DNA of 47,721 nt, taken from the NCBI GenBank assembly GCA_039679545.1, contig JBDKUT010000160.1, forward strand, positions 1 to 47,721, in the 5' to 3' direction. This stretch comes from Thermotogota bacterium (GTDB taxonomy: Bacteria > Bipolaricaulota > Bipolaricaulia > UBA7950 > UBA9294). Made by a program: the position numbers and the translations under genes. The notes under the pieces were generated by a model. It saw only the letters and a program-made list of their open reading frames with translations. It ran no database searches and was not told the DNA's origin. Below, piece after piece: positions 26,463 through 35,535 of this stretch; position 1 is the stretch's first letter, and each line of letters begins with the position of its first letter.

Positions 26463-26567
26463 ATGCCGATCATTACCATCGAGATCACGGCCGGAATGCT
26501 TCTTGCGTTCTTCTGGGCATTCTGGGTCTTCGCGTTCGCGGGTTGGTGGTGCGGCGGCGGTTGCTAG
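26463..26567 (+). CDS. 34-aa hydrophobic peptide MPIITIEITAGMLLAFFWAFWVFAFAGWWCGGGC
   Basis: AAGGAGGTGA at 26450-26459, ATG at 26463, TAG at 26565-26567. Absent from the ORF track because it is below the size cutoff. Confidence 0.7.
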   Translation: MPIITIEITAGMLLAFFWAFWVFAFAGWWCGGGC

Positions 26568-26599
26568 CCGCTTCGTGCGACAAGACGGTGGGTGGCCGG

Positions 26600-27685
26600 A
26601 TGAGGCTGTCTGATTGGGGAAGAGCGCTTGTCGTCTCTTCCCTTTTCCTTTTCCTCGCAACGGTGGCTGTCTCCGCAGAGCCGCGCGAGGAGTTCGCCCG
26701 CGAGACCGGCCTGGACATGGACCTCATTAACGTCCTGAAGGTCGATGTCGACGGCACGGAGCTGACGGTTGTCTTTGTCTTCATCAACGACCGGGCGCTA
26801 GCGAGCAAGGTGGATCCAGCCCTTCGGCAGACGTTACTCCCGTTCGTGGGGCGCAACGCAATCTACGTCAACCCAAGCATTAAGAGCGTTGTCTCGTCGT
26901 TCGACTTCAACCCGCTCACCATCGCTGTTCAATCGGAGGGCGGCTCGCTTCTGTGGCCGTCTGCCGACTCGTGGATCGAGATCACTCCCGGCTTCATGAA
27001 CGGTTTCTTCCAGGTGAACCCCGCCGGACCGTCACAGGGGTCCGGAAGCGAAGGGATTCTGGTCCTCGGCGACTTGATCGACCCAGCGAAGCCGTTCGAG
27101 GTCGTGCTCAACGGCCAGCGCGTTCGATTCCAAGTATCCGCGACGGCGGCGGTCGTCTCCGCAGCGCGCTCGGTCACGTCGTCTCACGAGCCGATCTCCG
27201 TTCCCGTCCTCGAGGACGTCGGCACGATCGAGCAACTCTTGGCGCTCGACTCCGTGACCTCCGAGAGCATGGCCGGCCTCCTCGGACTCGACCGATCCCT
27301 CGTCCGCGTCCTCGACACGCGCGAGCGCGGCCAGGCGCTTCGCCTTGTGTTCGTGCATCTCACCGCAGCGGTTCGTTCGGGATCCCTGGGTGCGGACCTT
27401 CTCCAACGGCTCGACCCCGTGATCGGGACCGGCGCGGTCATGGTTTGGGCAACGTCCGCAACAGGTACGGCGTTCTCGCCCTGGAGTTTCTACGTCCAGC
27501 AGAACGGGACGAACTACATGTTCTTCAGCTCCGCGTCGTTCGTCGAACTGACGCAGGGATTCCTCGCCCTGAAGGCCCTCTCCCCCGGCGCCGTCGTTGC
27601 AGGTGTCATCCGACTTCCCAAGAGCGTCGACGCGTCCGTCCCCTTCTCGATCCGCTACGGCACCTCAGGGGTGAGTTTCCCCTGA
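26600..27685 (+). CDS. Secreted hypothetical protein with two tandem homologous domains
   Basis: Signal peptide ending AVSA. Repeat pairs: GLDMDLINVL/GLDRSLVRVL, SWIEITPGF/SFVELTQGF, IDPAKPFEV/VDASVPFSI. Confidence 0.8.
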   Translation: MRLSDWGRALVVSSLFLFLATVAVSAEPREEFARETGLDMDLINVLKVDVDGTELTVVFVFINDRALASKVDPALRQTLLPFVGRNAIYVNPSIKSVVSSFDFNPLTIAVQSEGGSLLWPSADSWIEITPGFMNGFFQVNPAGPSQGSGSEGILVLGDLIDPAKPFEVVLNGQRVRFQVSATAAVVSAARSVTSSHEPISVPVLEDVGTIEQLLALDSVTSESMAGLLGLDRSLVRVLDTRERGQALRLVFVHLTAAVRSGSLGADLLQRLDPVIGTGAVMVWATSATGTAFSPWSFYVQQNGTNYMFFSSASFVELTQGFLALKALSPGAVVAGVIRLPKSVDASVPFSIRYGTSGVSFP

Positions 27686-27747
27686 GCGACCGCGCGCACA
27701 GTCGGGCCTCGGCCCGTTCGGGTCGCCCTCTCGAAGAGCCGATCCCC

Positions 27748-28302
27748 GTGATCCTCGCATCCGGCTCGCCGCGTCGGGCGGAGCTGCTGTCGCGAATCTT
27801 TGACCACTTCGAGGTTGTTCCGAGCGGCGCGGATGAGACTTCTGACGACCCACCCGAAACGGCGGTGCTCACCGTCGCACGGGCCAAGGCGCGAGAAGTT
27901 GCGCAGAGCCACTACGGGATCATCATTGCCGCCGATACGATCGTCATCGCTCGAGGCCGCGTCCTCGGGAAGCCTGCCTCTCCCGTTGAGGCTCGAGAGA
28001 TGCTCGAGCGGCTCTCCGGGCGGGAGCACGACGTGATCACGGGTTTGTGCGTCCTGCGAACCGATTCTCCCGTCGAGCGCACGGCCGTCGAGCGCACTAC
28101 GGTTCGCTTCCGCGCCCTCCTTCCACGCGAGATCGACGCCTACATCTCGTCCGGGGAGTACGCAGACAAGGCGGGAGCCTACGGAATCCAGGGGCGCGCT
28201 GCCGTCTTCGTCGACCGAATCTGCGGGGATTACTACAACGTCATGGGCCTTCCCCTCTGCCGCCTCGTCCTCCTGTTGCGGGAGGTGGGGGTGGGCGTGT
28301 AG
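27748..28302 (+). CDS. maf: Maf-family nucleoside triphosphate pyrophosphatase (start may instead be CTG at 27682)
   Basis: ILASGSPRR, AADTIV, LGKP, DKAGAYGIQ, GDYYNVMGLP. Confidence 0.92.
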   Translation: MILASGSPRRAELLSRIFDHFEVVPSGADETSDDPPETAVLTVARAKAREVAQSHYGIIIAADTIVIARGRVLGKPASPVEAREMLERLSGREHDVITGLCVLRTDSPVERTAVERTTVRFRALLPREIDAYISSGEYADKAGAYGIQGRAAVFVDRICGDYYNVMGLPLCRLVLLLREVGVGV

Positions 28303-28361
28303 CGTTTCGCCGCGACGACGAAGTGCTGATCGATGGCGAGGCGTCGACAAAGGAGAGCGCG

Positions 28362-29246
28362 GTGACGGAGAAGAAGAAACACAGCATCCACACGCTGCGA
28401 GAGATGAAGGCGAGCGGCGAGAAGATCGCCTGGCTCACGTCGTACGACTACCCCACGGCGTCGTTCGCCGAAGCGGCCGGCATGGACATGATCCTCGTCG
28501 GCGACTCGCTCGGCATGTGCGTGTACGGCTACGAGGGAACCGTACCCGTCACGATGGACCAGTGCATCGTCCACAGCGAAGCCGTCCGCCGCGCCGCGCC
28601 AAACACCTTCGTGGTCGGCGACATGCCGTTTATGAGCTATCAGGCGAGTGACGAAGACGCCGTCCGAAATGCAGGCCGCTTCCTGAAGGAGGCCGGGGTC
28701 GACGCCGTCAAACTCGAAGGAGGGAAGCGGGTTCTTTCGCGCATCCGCTCCCTGCTCGACGCCGGCATCGTCGTCTGCGGGCACATCGGCCTGACTCCAC
28801 AGAGCTCCGGGCAGCTTGGCGGTCACAAGGCCCAGGGCCGCACGATCGACTCCGCGCGCCTCCTGATCGAGGATGCTCTCGCCATCGAAGAAGTCGGGGC
28901 CCAACTCCTCCTGCTCGAGGCCGTCCCGCCGGAGGTGGCCGGGTTCATCGCCAAGAAACTCGGGATTCCTGTCCTGAGCATCGGGGCGGGCCCCCTGTGC
29001 GACGGACAGCTGCTCATCGTGTCCGACCTGATCGGCCAGTTCCAGGCGTTCACCCCGAAGTTCGTGAAGAAGTACTGCGACGTTGCCATGATGGTGACAC
29101 AGGCCATGGCCCAGTACGTCGCCGACGTGAAGGCCGGCCAGTTCCCCGCCGACGAGCACTGCTACCACATGCTGAAAGAGGAAGCTCCGCGCTTCCCCGA
29201 GCTTCTGAAGGAGTTCGAATCGGACCGACCGAGGAGGAACCGATGA
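28362..29246 (+). CDS. panB: 3-methyl-2-oxobutanoate hydroxymethyltransferase
   Basis: TSYDY, LVGDSLG, DMPFMSY, VKLEGG, GHIGLTPQ, IGAG, PKFVKKY. GTG follows AAGGAG. Confidence 0.96.
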   Translation: MTEKKKHSIHTLREMKASGEKIAWLTSYDYPTASFAEAAGMDMILVGDSLGMCVYGYEGTVPVTMDQCIVHSEAVRRAAPNTFVVGDMPFMSYQASDEDAVRNAGRFLKEAGVDAVKLEGGKRVLSRIRSLLDAGIVVCGHIGLTPQSSGQLGGHKAQGRTIDSARLLIEDALAIEEVGAQLLLLEAVPPEVAGFIAKKLGIPVLSIGAGPLCDGQLLIVSDLIGQFQAFTPKFVKKYCDVAMMVTQAMAQYVADVKAGQFPADEHCYHMLKEEAPRFPELLKEFESDRPRRNR

Positions 29247-30508
29247 GCGACCTGCAGCGACGACTGGCGATCCCCGCCGACCACCTCGAAGCGATCAACA
29301 AGCTCCTGCTTGACCCAAAGTCGGCCGTCGTCCGCGACTTCCTCAAGGTCGTGGAGAAGCATGGCGGCCCAGAGGAGATCAACCGCAAGGCAGCGGCGGC
29401 CCGCGAGCTGCCGAACCTCCTGCGCCGTCTTCGCGAGTCCGGTTCGCCGTACGTCAAGGACATCGAGTGGCTCACCCACGAGCGGGATCGGGGTGCGTTT
29501 GTGTCGATCGCCGACTTCCGTCGCCGCGTTGTCGGCGCGAAGGCCGACACGATGAAGTTCGACGACACCCACGCCGTCACCCTCGAGGTCAGCGCCCTTC
29601 AGTTCTTCCCGTGGCTCATCACCGAGGCGAAGCAGGCGATCGACCGCCACGAGGTGATGCCGAGCCGATACATCCGTGTGCGCACGATGTCCGAGCAGGT
29701 AAAGGATCACGGCGACACGCTCGCCATTGCCGCCGCCATGCAGATCGTCGGAGCAAGCTACGTCGAGACCCTCGACACAAAGGGAACGGACGGGTCGAAC
29801 ATCCACCTCGGCGGCCCGGCCACGATCACGGGGTACTTCGGCGGCGTCGGGCAGCCGAACGACCACGCCCTGGGGTGGGTCGACGAGTTCCTCGGCTACT
29901 ACACCGAGTACGGCATCCGGCAGGTCCTCAACATCAATCCCGGCACCGTCCTTCTCGGGTACTTCCTCCACAAGCTCGGGATCAACATCGAGTTCAAGAT
30001 CTCGGTGTTCATGGGAAACGACAACCCGTATGCGGCGCTCTGGACGCTGATCGGAGCCAAGCTCTTCTCGCGCGACGACGGGACGACGTCGCTCATCGGG
30101 TTCAACTGGGCGAACTCCGTCGACAACTCGACCATCGAGCGCGGTGCGGAGGTTCGGCAGGCGCTCGGGTTCGAGAACGTCGTCCGCTTCGAACACCACA
30201 TTACGGAGACGTGGAAGTCGATCGTCGTTCAGCCGTACGACCGGACCGACGAGCTCGTTAAGCTTGCTGACCACGTCGCCAACATCTCCGCCAAGCACGA
30301 AGGCGGAAAGCCCGAGGTCGACGGGCGGCGCGAGCACCCCTCCGACATCCTCGACTACTTCCTGCCGAAGACGGACATCGAGGCCCAGGGGCTCATGCCG
30401 GCCATGGAGCGGAACTACCTCGACAAGCACGACGCCGTGAACGCGACCGCGGCGGCGCTGGCGAAGCGGGGGCTTTCGTTCATCGCGGCGCGGAACCTGC
30501 ATCGCTGA
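29243..30508 (+). CDS. Hypothetical protein (421 aa) translationally coupled to panB
   Basis: ATGA overlap, GAGGAGG RBS, strongly GC3-biased codons; no family recognised. Confidence 0.88.
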   Translation: MSDLQRRLAIPADHLEAINKLLLDPKSAVVRDFLKVVEKHGGPEEINRKAAAARELPNLLRRLRESGSPYVKDIEWLTHERDRGAFVSIADFRRRVVGAKADTMKFDDTHAVTLEVSALQFFPWLITEAKQAIDRHEVMPSRYIRVRTMSEQVKDHGDTLAIAAAMQIVGASYVETLDTKGTDGSNIHLGGPATITGYFGGVGQPNDHALGWVDEFLGYYTEYGIRQVLNINPGTVLLGYFLHKLGINIEFKISVFMGNDNPYAALWTLIGAKLFSRDDGTTSLIGFNWANSVDNSTIERGAEVRQALGFENVVRFEHHITETWKSIVVQPYDRTDELVKLADHVANISAKHEGGKPEVDGRREHPSDILDYFLPKTDIEAQGLMPAMERNYLDKHDAVNATAAALAKRGLSFIAARNLHR

Positions 30509-30518
30509 GTGCGGGCGC

Positions 30519-30547
30519 TTGCCGATCCGCGGGCGCTCCGGTAAGCT
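30519..30547 (+). promoter_or_regulatory. sigma70-like promoter TTGCCG-N17-TAAGCT for glnA
   Basis: Read directly from the sequence; about 35 nt upstream of ATG 30582. Confidence 0.5.
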
Positions 30548-30581
30548 ACTCGCCCCGTTTCTCGTCGAATAAGGGAGACCG

Positions 30582-31964
30582 ATGATCGACTACGCGTCGC
30601 TCCAGCGTCGGATCGAGGAAGAGGCGATCGAGTTCGTCGACTTCCGGGTGGCCGATCTGTTCGGCCGATTGCGGCATATCGCGATTCCCTCCGCGCGGTT
30701 CACGGAAACCCTCGTCCAAGAGGGGATCGGCTTCGATGGGTCGAACTACGGCTATCGCCACGTCGAGGGAAGCGACATGGTTCTTCTTCCCGACCTCGCG
30801 ACCGCCTACGTCGAAGAGCGGGGTGGGGAGACGATTCTCTCGGTTCTCTCCGACATTTGCGATGCAACGACGCGCAAGCCCGCGTCCATCGACCCGCGCG
30901 GCACGGCGGCGGCGGCCATGAAAGTTCTGCGGGACCGGAAGGTCGCCGACGACGTTCTTGTGAGCCCCGAGTTCGAGTTCTACGTGTTCGACCAAGTGAA
31001 TTTCGGGACGGACCCGGGTCGGTGCGGAATCGACATCGCGCCGATCGAGGGCTGCGAGCATCGAGACGCCCCGGGGCTTGGGACCCCTGCTTACTCGGCG
31101 TACCACGCGCCGCTTCCCGAAGACCGGCTGTTCAGCCTGCGGTGCGAGATGGCGCGGCAGATCCAGGCCGCGGGAATCGAGGTCAAGTACCACCACCACG
31201 AGGTCGGCACCTTCGGCCAGCAGGAGATCGAACTCGGCTTCGCGCCCCTCGTACAGATGGCGGACGCCGCGCTCATCGTCAAATCGATCGTCCGCAACGT
31301 AGCCGACGACGCCGACCTGACGGCCACGTTCCTTCCCAAGCCGATCCACGGCGAGGCGGGGAACGGGATGCACCTGCACCAGTACTTGGTTCGCGGCGGG
31401 AAGAACCTGTTCCGCGGGGAGGGCGAGCTCTCCGAGCTCGCCTTGTGCTACGTGGGGGGGCTCCTCAAGCACGGACGAAGCCTGATGGCTCTGACAAATC
31501 CCTCCACGAACTCGTACCGCCGGCTCGTCCCCGGGTTCGAGGCCCCGGTCCATTTCGCCTACGGCTCCGGGAACCGGAGCGCCGCCGTGCGCGTTCCCTC
31601 GTACGCGCACGGAGAGAAGATGCGGATCGAGCTGCGGACGATGGACGCGACCTGCAACCCGTACTTCGCGTTCGCCGCGATCCTCCTCGCGGGGCTCGAC
31701 GGGATCGAACGGAAGATGAATGGCAAGGCCCTCGGTTACGGTCCGGTGGACAAGAACCTGTACGCCAAAGGGACTGGAGAAACAGCCCCGGCCTCACTCG
31801 GCGAAGCCCTCGACGCGCTCGCGGCCGATCACGAGTACCTACTAGCTGGTGACGCATTCACCGAGGCGGGGATTGAGCACTGGATCCGAGTCAAGCGACA
31901 AGAGGTCGACGCCGTCGCCCTTCGCCCTCATCCCCACGAGTTCGTCTTGTACTACGACCTGTAG
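30582..31964 (+). CDS. glnA: Glutamine synthetase type I
   Basis: FDGS, PEFEFY, HHEV, TFLPKP, GNGMHLH, NSYRRLVPGFEAP, NRSAAVRVP, NPY, PHPHEF. Confidence 0.95.
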   Translation: MIDYASLQRRIEEEAIEFVDFRVADLFGRLRHIAIPSARFTETLVQEGIGFDGSNYGYRHVEGSDMVLLPDLATAYVEERGGETILSVLSDICDATTRKPASIDPRGTAAAAMKVLRDRKVADDVLVSPEFEFYVFDQVNFGTDPGRCGIDIAPIEGCEHRDAPGLGTPAYSAYHAPLPEDRLFSLRCEMARQIQAAGIEVKYHHHEVGTFGQQEIELGFAPLVQMADAALIVKSIVRNVADDADLTATFLPKPIHGEAGNGMHLHQYLVRGGKNLFRGEGELSELALCYVGGLLKHGRSLMALTNPSTNSYRRLVPGFEAPVHFAYGSGNRSAAVRVPSYAHGEKMRIELRTMDATCNPYFAFAAILLAGLDGIERKMNGKALGYGPVDKNLYAKGTGETAPASLGEALDALAADHEYLLAGDAFTEAGIEHWIRVKRQEVDAVALRPHPHEFVLYYDL

Positions 31965-31966
31965 TC

Positions 31967-31983
31967 GCACGGCTCCGCCGTGC
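31967..31983. terminator. Hairpin just after the glnA stop
   Basis: gcacggc-tcc-gccgtgc; no U tract. Confidence 0.3.
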
Positions 31984-32058
31984 AGGCAGTACAACCCAAC
32001 GCGGCCGCCCGCCGCGGGTCGGTGCACGCAGCAGATCGCTCACCCGGAGCTCGCGAGG

Positions 32059-32232
32059 CTACTTCCGCTTCTCCTCGCGGTCGAGGTACTGGACGATCGC
32101 TTCCACGACGAGGTAGTTGATCGAACGATCCAGTTTCTTTGCGAGGCGATCCAGACGCTCGATCGGCCTTCGCTCCAGTTTGCTCTTCGGGATGTAGATC
32201 GACAGCGTTGTCACTTCGCTCTTGCGGACCAC
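32059..32232 (-). CDS. Small ribbon-helix-helix (CopG-like) DNA-binding protein
   Basis: GTG at 32232. TLSIYIP strand, then ERLDRLAKKLDRSINYLVVEAIVQYL; 57 aa. Confidence 0.8.
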   Translation of the reverse strand: MVRKSEVTTLSIYIPKSKLERRPIERLDRLAKKLDRSINYLVVEAIVQYLDREEKRK

Positions 32233-32345
32233 TCGTCTCACCCCCTTCCCGCAGGAACCTAGAGGTCCTTGTTTGATCGTGTAGCCTACAGTAAACCACT
32301 CGCAACAGGCAAATCGGAGAGGTTCCTGACGCACAACGAGGCCCC

Positions 32346-32372
32346 AAAGAAACGGGGCTCCGAGGAGCCCCG
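32346..32372 (-). terminator. Intrinsic terminator after the 32402-33124 gene
   Basis: Minus strand CGGGGCTC-CTCG-GAGCCCCG followed by TTTCTTT. Confidence 0.75.
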
Positions 32373-32401
32373 CAGAATCCGCTTGACGACCGAAGCCGCC
32401 G

Positions 32402-33124
32402 TTATCGCACGATGAACCGGAATGTGTAGTAGACGATCTCCCGAGCCGAGCAGTCGCAGCTCTTCTCCGGCATCGGCATCATCATCGGAGCCGCCTCGCC
32501 GCACGATGCTTCGGGCTTCGGCTCCATGACACACATCGCAGCCTTGTGTGGGCACGACGCCGCCTTCTCGATGGCGAGGACGACCGTGAACGTGCCTTGA
32601 TCGAGAACGCCTGTCGTCACGTCGTAGCCGTCGTCGGTCCATGAGATCTCGCTCACTGGGATCAGCGCGTCGAACAGGTCGCAGGTCGAGGCAATCGACA
32701 GTGCAGTCCCCGTACCGTACTTCAGCCCCTCCTCGCTGAGGACGCCCACCGTGTTGCCGCCCGGCAGCTGAACCGAACAGCGGTCCCAGAGAATCGTGAT
32801 GACGTCTCCCGAGATGTTGTGAATCCACAACGGAATCCTGCTCTCGAACCCCTCCGCGACGAACGAGGCGTTGAACGACGCGCGGATCGTGTCGTCCTGG
32901 AACACCGCCTTCTCCGAGTAGACAGGGTCGAGCAGCTCCAGCGACTGCGTGTGGACGACCGTCACATCCTTGACCGTCGTCTGGGGGGCGGGCGCAACGA
33001 CAACCGGTGCGGCCACGACGGGCTCCGCCGGCTTCTCCGCCGGGTGCATCAAGATCCCGAAGATCAGGAGCGCCCCCATGATGGCGCCGATCACCGCGAG
33101 CTTCACTAGGTCAGTACTCTCCAC
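32402..33124 (-). CDS. Membrane-anchored hypothetical protein with a Cys/Met-rich segment
   Basis: N-terminal TM, Pro/Ala/Val linker, beta-rich domain; AAGGGGTGA RBS and its own terminator. Confidence 0.8.
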   Translation of the reverse strand: MESTDLVKLAVIGAIMGALLIFGILMHPAEKPAEPVVAAPVVVAPAPQTTVKDVTVVHTQSLELLDPVYSEKAVFQDDTIRASFNASFVAEGFESRIPLWIHNISGDVITILWDRCSVQLPGGNTVGVLSEEGLKYGTGTALSIASTCDLFDALIPVSEISWTDDGYDVTTGVLDQGTFTVVLAIEKAASCPHKAAMCVMEPKPEASCGEAAPMMMPMPEKSCDCSAREIVYYTFRFIVR

Positions 33125-33299
33125 TCCGAGTCACCCCTTCTTCGCCGACTTGACCGGCGGAATCGCTCTAGCATATGCCTCCTGCACGGAGCCAGAAAGG
33201 GACTCTGCCCTTCCGAAGGAGGAAGCCTGTCCCTTCGGCGAGGGCGTATCGAGTTTCGGACTGTAAGTCGCCAGCTGCACGATGCGTCAACCGGTCCAA

Positions 33300-33515
33300 T
33301 CACCGATCACGTTCGACGAAGAGTGCGAGGTCCGGGCAGTTCGTCTCGCACAGCCGACAGCCGGTGCACGCGGCGGCGTTGGCTACTTCGACCACCCGGT
33401 ATCCCTTGGCGTTGGGGGTCGTCGAAAGGCGCAGGACTCCTTTGGGACAAAAGAACACGCACAGCTCGCAACCCTTGCAGATCTCTCGGCTGATGTGAAT
33501 ACGCGTTGTCGTCAC
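33300..33515 (-). CDS. 2x[4Fe-4S] ferredoxin-like OFOR delta subunit
   Basis: CKGCELCVFFCP and CTGCRLCETNCP, NAKGY; overlaps the sucD-like stop. Confidence 0.92.
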   Translation of the reverse strand: MTTTRIHISREICKGCELCVFFCPKGVLRLSTTPNAKGYRVVEVANAAACTGCRLCETNCPDLALFVERDR

Positions 33516-34393
33516 GGCGCGTTCCCTCCTTCCAGCTTCCGAAGGAGAGGGACGATCTCCGCCGGGTTCCTCGTAACCATACAGCCGGCCTGCTCGAGCG
33601 CCGCCAGCTTGGCCTCCGCCGTCTCCGTCTCACCCTCCACGATAGCTCCGGCGTGGCCCATGCGTGCTCCGACAGGTGCCGCGCGCCCGACAATCAGCAC
33701 GATGACGGGCTTCTTCATCCGAGTGCGAACGAACTCCGCCGCCTCCTGCTCCATCGTTCCCCCCACCTCGCCAAGCAGGATGACGGCCCGAGTCTCGGGA
33801 TCGGCCTCGAACAGGGCGAGGGCGTCACGCTGTGTCGTTCCCCACAGCGGACCGCCTCCGATCCCGACGACCGTGGACTGGCCGATCCCGCTCTCCGTTA
33901 ATCGTTTGCACACTTCGTACGACAAGGCGCCGCTCTTCGAGACGATCCCCACAGCTCCAGGAAGAAGCACGCGATTGGGATGCACGCCCACCTTGCACTT
34001 CCCCGGCGAGACTATGCCCGGCGTGTCCGGGCCTACGACGCGGGTTCCGCGTGAAGACGCGAAGCGGATGATCGCCATCACGTCGTGATCGGGGATCTCC
34101 CCCGCCGACAGCACAAGGAGGGGGATCCCGTTGTCGATGACCTCGATCGCTGCGTCCTTGGCGGACCGCGCGGGCACGAAGCTGAGCGCAGCGTCGACAG
34201 GTCCCACCTTCACCGCTTGCTCGACCAGGTTGTAGACAGGGATCTCGTGGACGAGCGTGCCCCCTTTTCCGGGCGTCACGCCCGCCACCACGCGGGTCCC
34301 GTAGTCCTTCATCACTTGCGCCTGGAAAGAGCCCACTTTCCCCGTGATTCCTTGCACGAGTACCCGGGTTGATTCGTCTACGAGGATCGACAT
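33512..34393 (-). CDS. sucD: Succinate--CoA ligase-like alpha subunit
   Basis: VQGITG, GVTPGKGG, SKSGALSYE, GEVGG, RMGHAGA (phospho-His). Substrate may not be succinate. Confidence 0.9.
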   Translation of the reverse strand: MSILVDESTRVLVQGITGKVGSFQAQVMKDYGTRVVAGVTPGKGGTLVHEIPVYNLVEQAVKVGPVDAALSFVPARSAKDAAIEVIDNGIPLLVLSAGEIPDHDVMAIIRFASSRGTRVVGPDTPGIVSPGKCKVGVHPNRVLLPGAVGIVSKSGALSYEVCKRLTESGIGQSTVVGIGGGPLWGTTQRDALALFEADPETRAVILLGEVGGTMEQEAAEFVRTRMKKPVIVLIVGRAAPVGARMGHAGAIVEGETETAEAKLAALEQAGCMVTRNPAEIVPLLRKLEGGNAP

Positions 34394-35532
34394 CGGTCCT
34401 CCTTCGCGAGGGACACGGCCTGCCCCACAGCCGCAGGTAGATCGTCGTAAGCCGCGATCCCCACGCGAGCGAGGATTCGGCGGCCTTCCTCCTCTTTTGT
34501 ACCCACCATCCGGACGACCGTGGGCGTCATTCCAGGGTGGCTCGTGCGGAACGCGTAGATCCCTTCCGCGATCTCGTCCATCCTTGTCAGCCCTCCGATC
34601 AAGCTGACAAGGACAACCCGCACGGCATCGTTCGCCAAGACAGCGTCGAGCGCCGTCTGGATCCCCCTCGCGTCGCCCAGCGCCCCAAGCTCACAGAAGC
34701 ACGCGGCGCGGCCGCCGGCATCGTGGATGAGGTCAAGCGCCAACATGCCTGTTCCCGCTCCATCGGAAATGAGGGCGATGTTGCCATCAAGCGCCACGTA
34801 GGTCAGCCGCGCGTCGCTGGCTACCCTCTCGGAGGCGGACATCGCGTGCGCGACCGCGTCCGCCTGTTCCGCGCGAAGCTCGTCAAACAAGTCGGCGCGC
34901 CGAAAGCCCGCCTTGTCGTCGAGCGAGAGCTTCGCATCGAGCGCGACGAGCCCCGCGGAACTGACCCCAAGCGGATTGATCTCAACGAGCGTGGCATCCA
35001 GGTCACGAAACAGCTCAAACGCTCCGCCCACGATGGTTCGTAGTTCGTTGACGCGGCTCTCCAGTCCAAGCTGGAGAGCGAGAGAGCGCGTCCCGTGCTC
35101 CGTGGGACCGAGGCAGAGGTCAATCGGAAGTCGCACGATGGCGCGCGGGTCGCGGCGAGCGAGCTCCTCGATATCCATTCCGCCTGAGCGGGAGGCTAGC
35201 ACCATCGGCGCATTCAGCCCCCGGTGGATCAGGATCGCGAAGTAGACCTCCCGCTCGACTTTCCGCTCCTGTTCGGCAAGAACGACGCGGACGGGATACC
35301 CCTTGATAGACAGCGCCCGCAGGTCGCAAAGGGCGTCCTCCGCCTCTCGACGGCACTTGACCACGCGAATGCCTCCGGCCTTGCCTCGACCTCCGACGGG
35401 CACCTGTGCCTTGAGCACGGCCGGGAACTCGACGGCGCTCGCGTCGTCCGTACTGCGAAGGACCACACCGTGCGGAGTCGGAATGCCAATGTCCTGAAAG
35501 AGCCGCTTCGCTTGGAACTCGAGCACGCGCAT
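34378..35532 (-). CDS. sucC: Succinate--CoA ligase-like beta subunit (divergent)
   Basis: LEFQAK, KAQVPVGGRGKAGG, GGMDIE, EINPL, LDAK, DGAG, GGLTRMD. Confidence 0.88.
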   Translation of the reverse strand: MRVLEFQAKRLFQDIGIPTPHGVVLRSTDDASAVEFPAVLKAQVPVGGRGKAGGIRVVKCRREAEDALCDLRALSIKGYPVRVVLAEQERKVEREVYFAILIHRGLNAPMVLASRSGGMDIEELARRDPRAIVRLPIDLCLGPTEHGTRSLALQLGLESRVNELRTIVGGAFELFRDLDATLVEINPLGVSSAGLVALDAKLSLDDKAGFRRADLFDELRAEQADAVAHAMSASERVASDARLTYVALDGNIALISDGAGTGMLALDLIHDAGGRAACFCELGALGDARGIQTALDAVLANDAVRVVLVSLIGGLTRMDEIAEGIYAFRTSHPGMTPTVVRMVGTKEEEGRRILARVGIAAYDDLPAAVGQAVSLAKEDRCRSS

Positions 35533-35535
35533 GGC

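Noticed and set aside
32059..32232. RHH gene as a type II antitoxin
   Set aside because: No co-oriented toxin ORF; it is flanked by convergent glnA and a terminator.
33190..33240. Imperfect hairpin after the large cluster as a terminator or riboswitch
   Set aside because: The stem is interrupted, there is no clear U tract, and no known motif matches.
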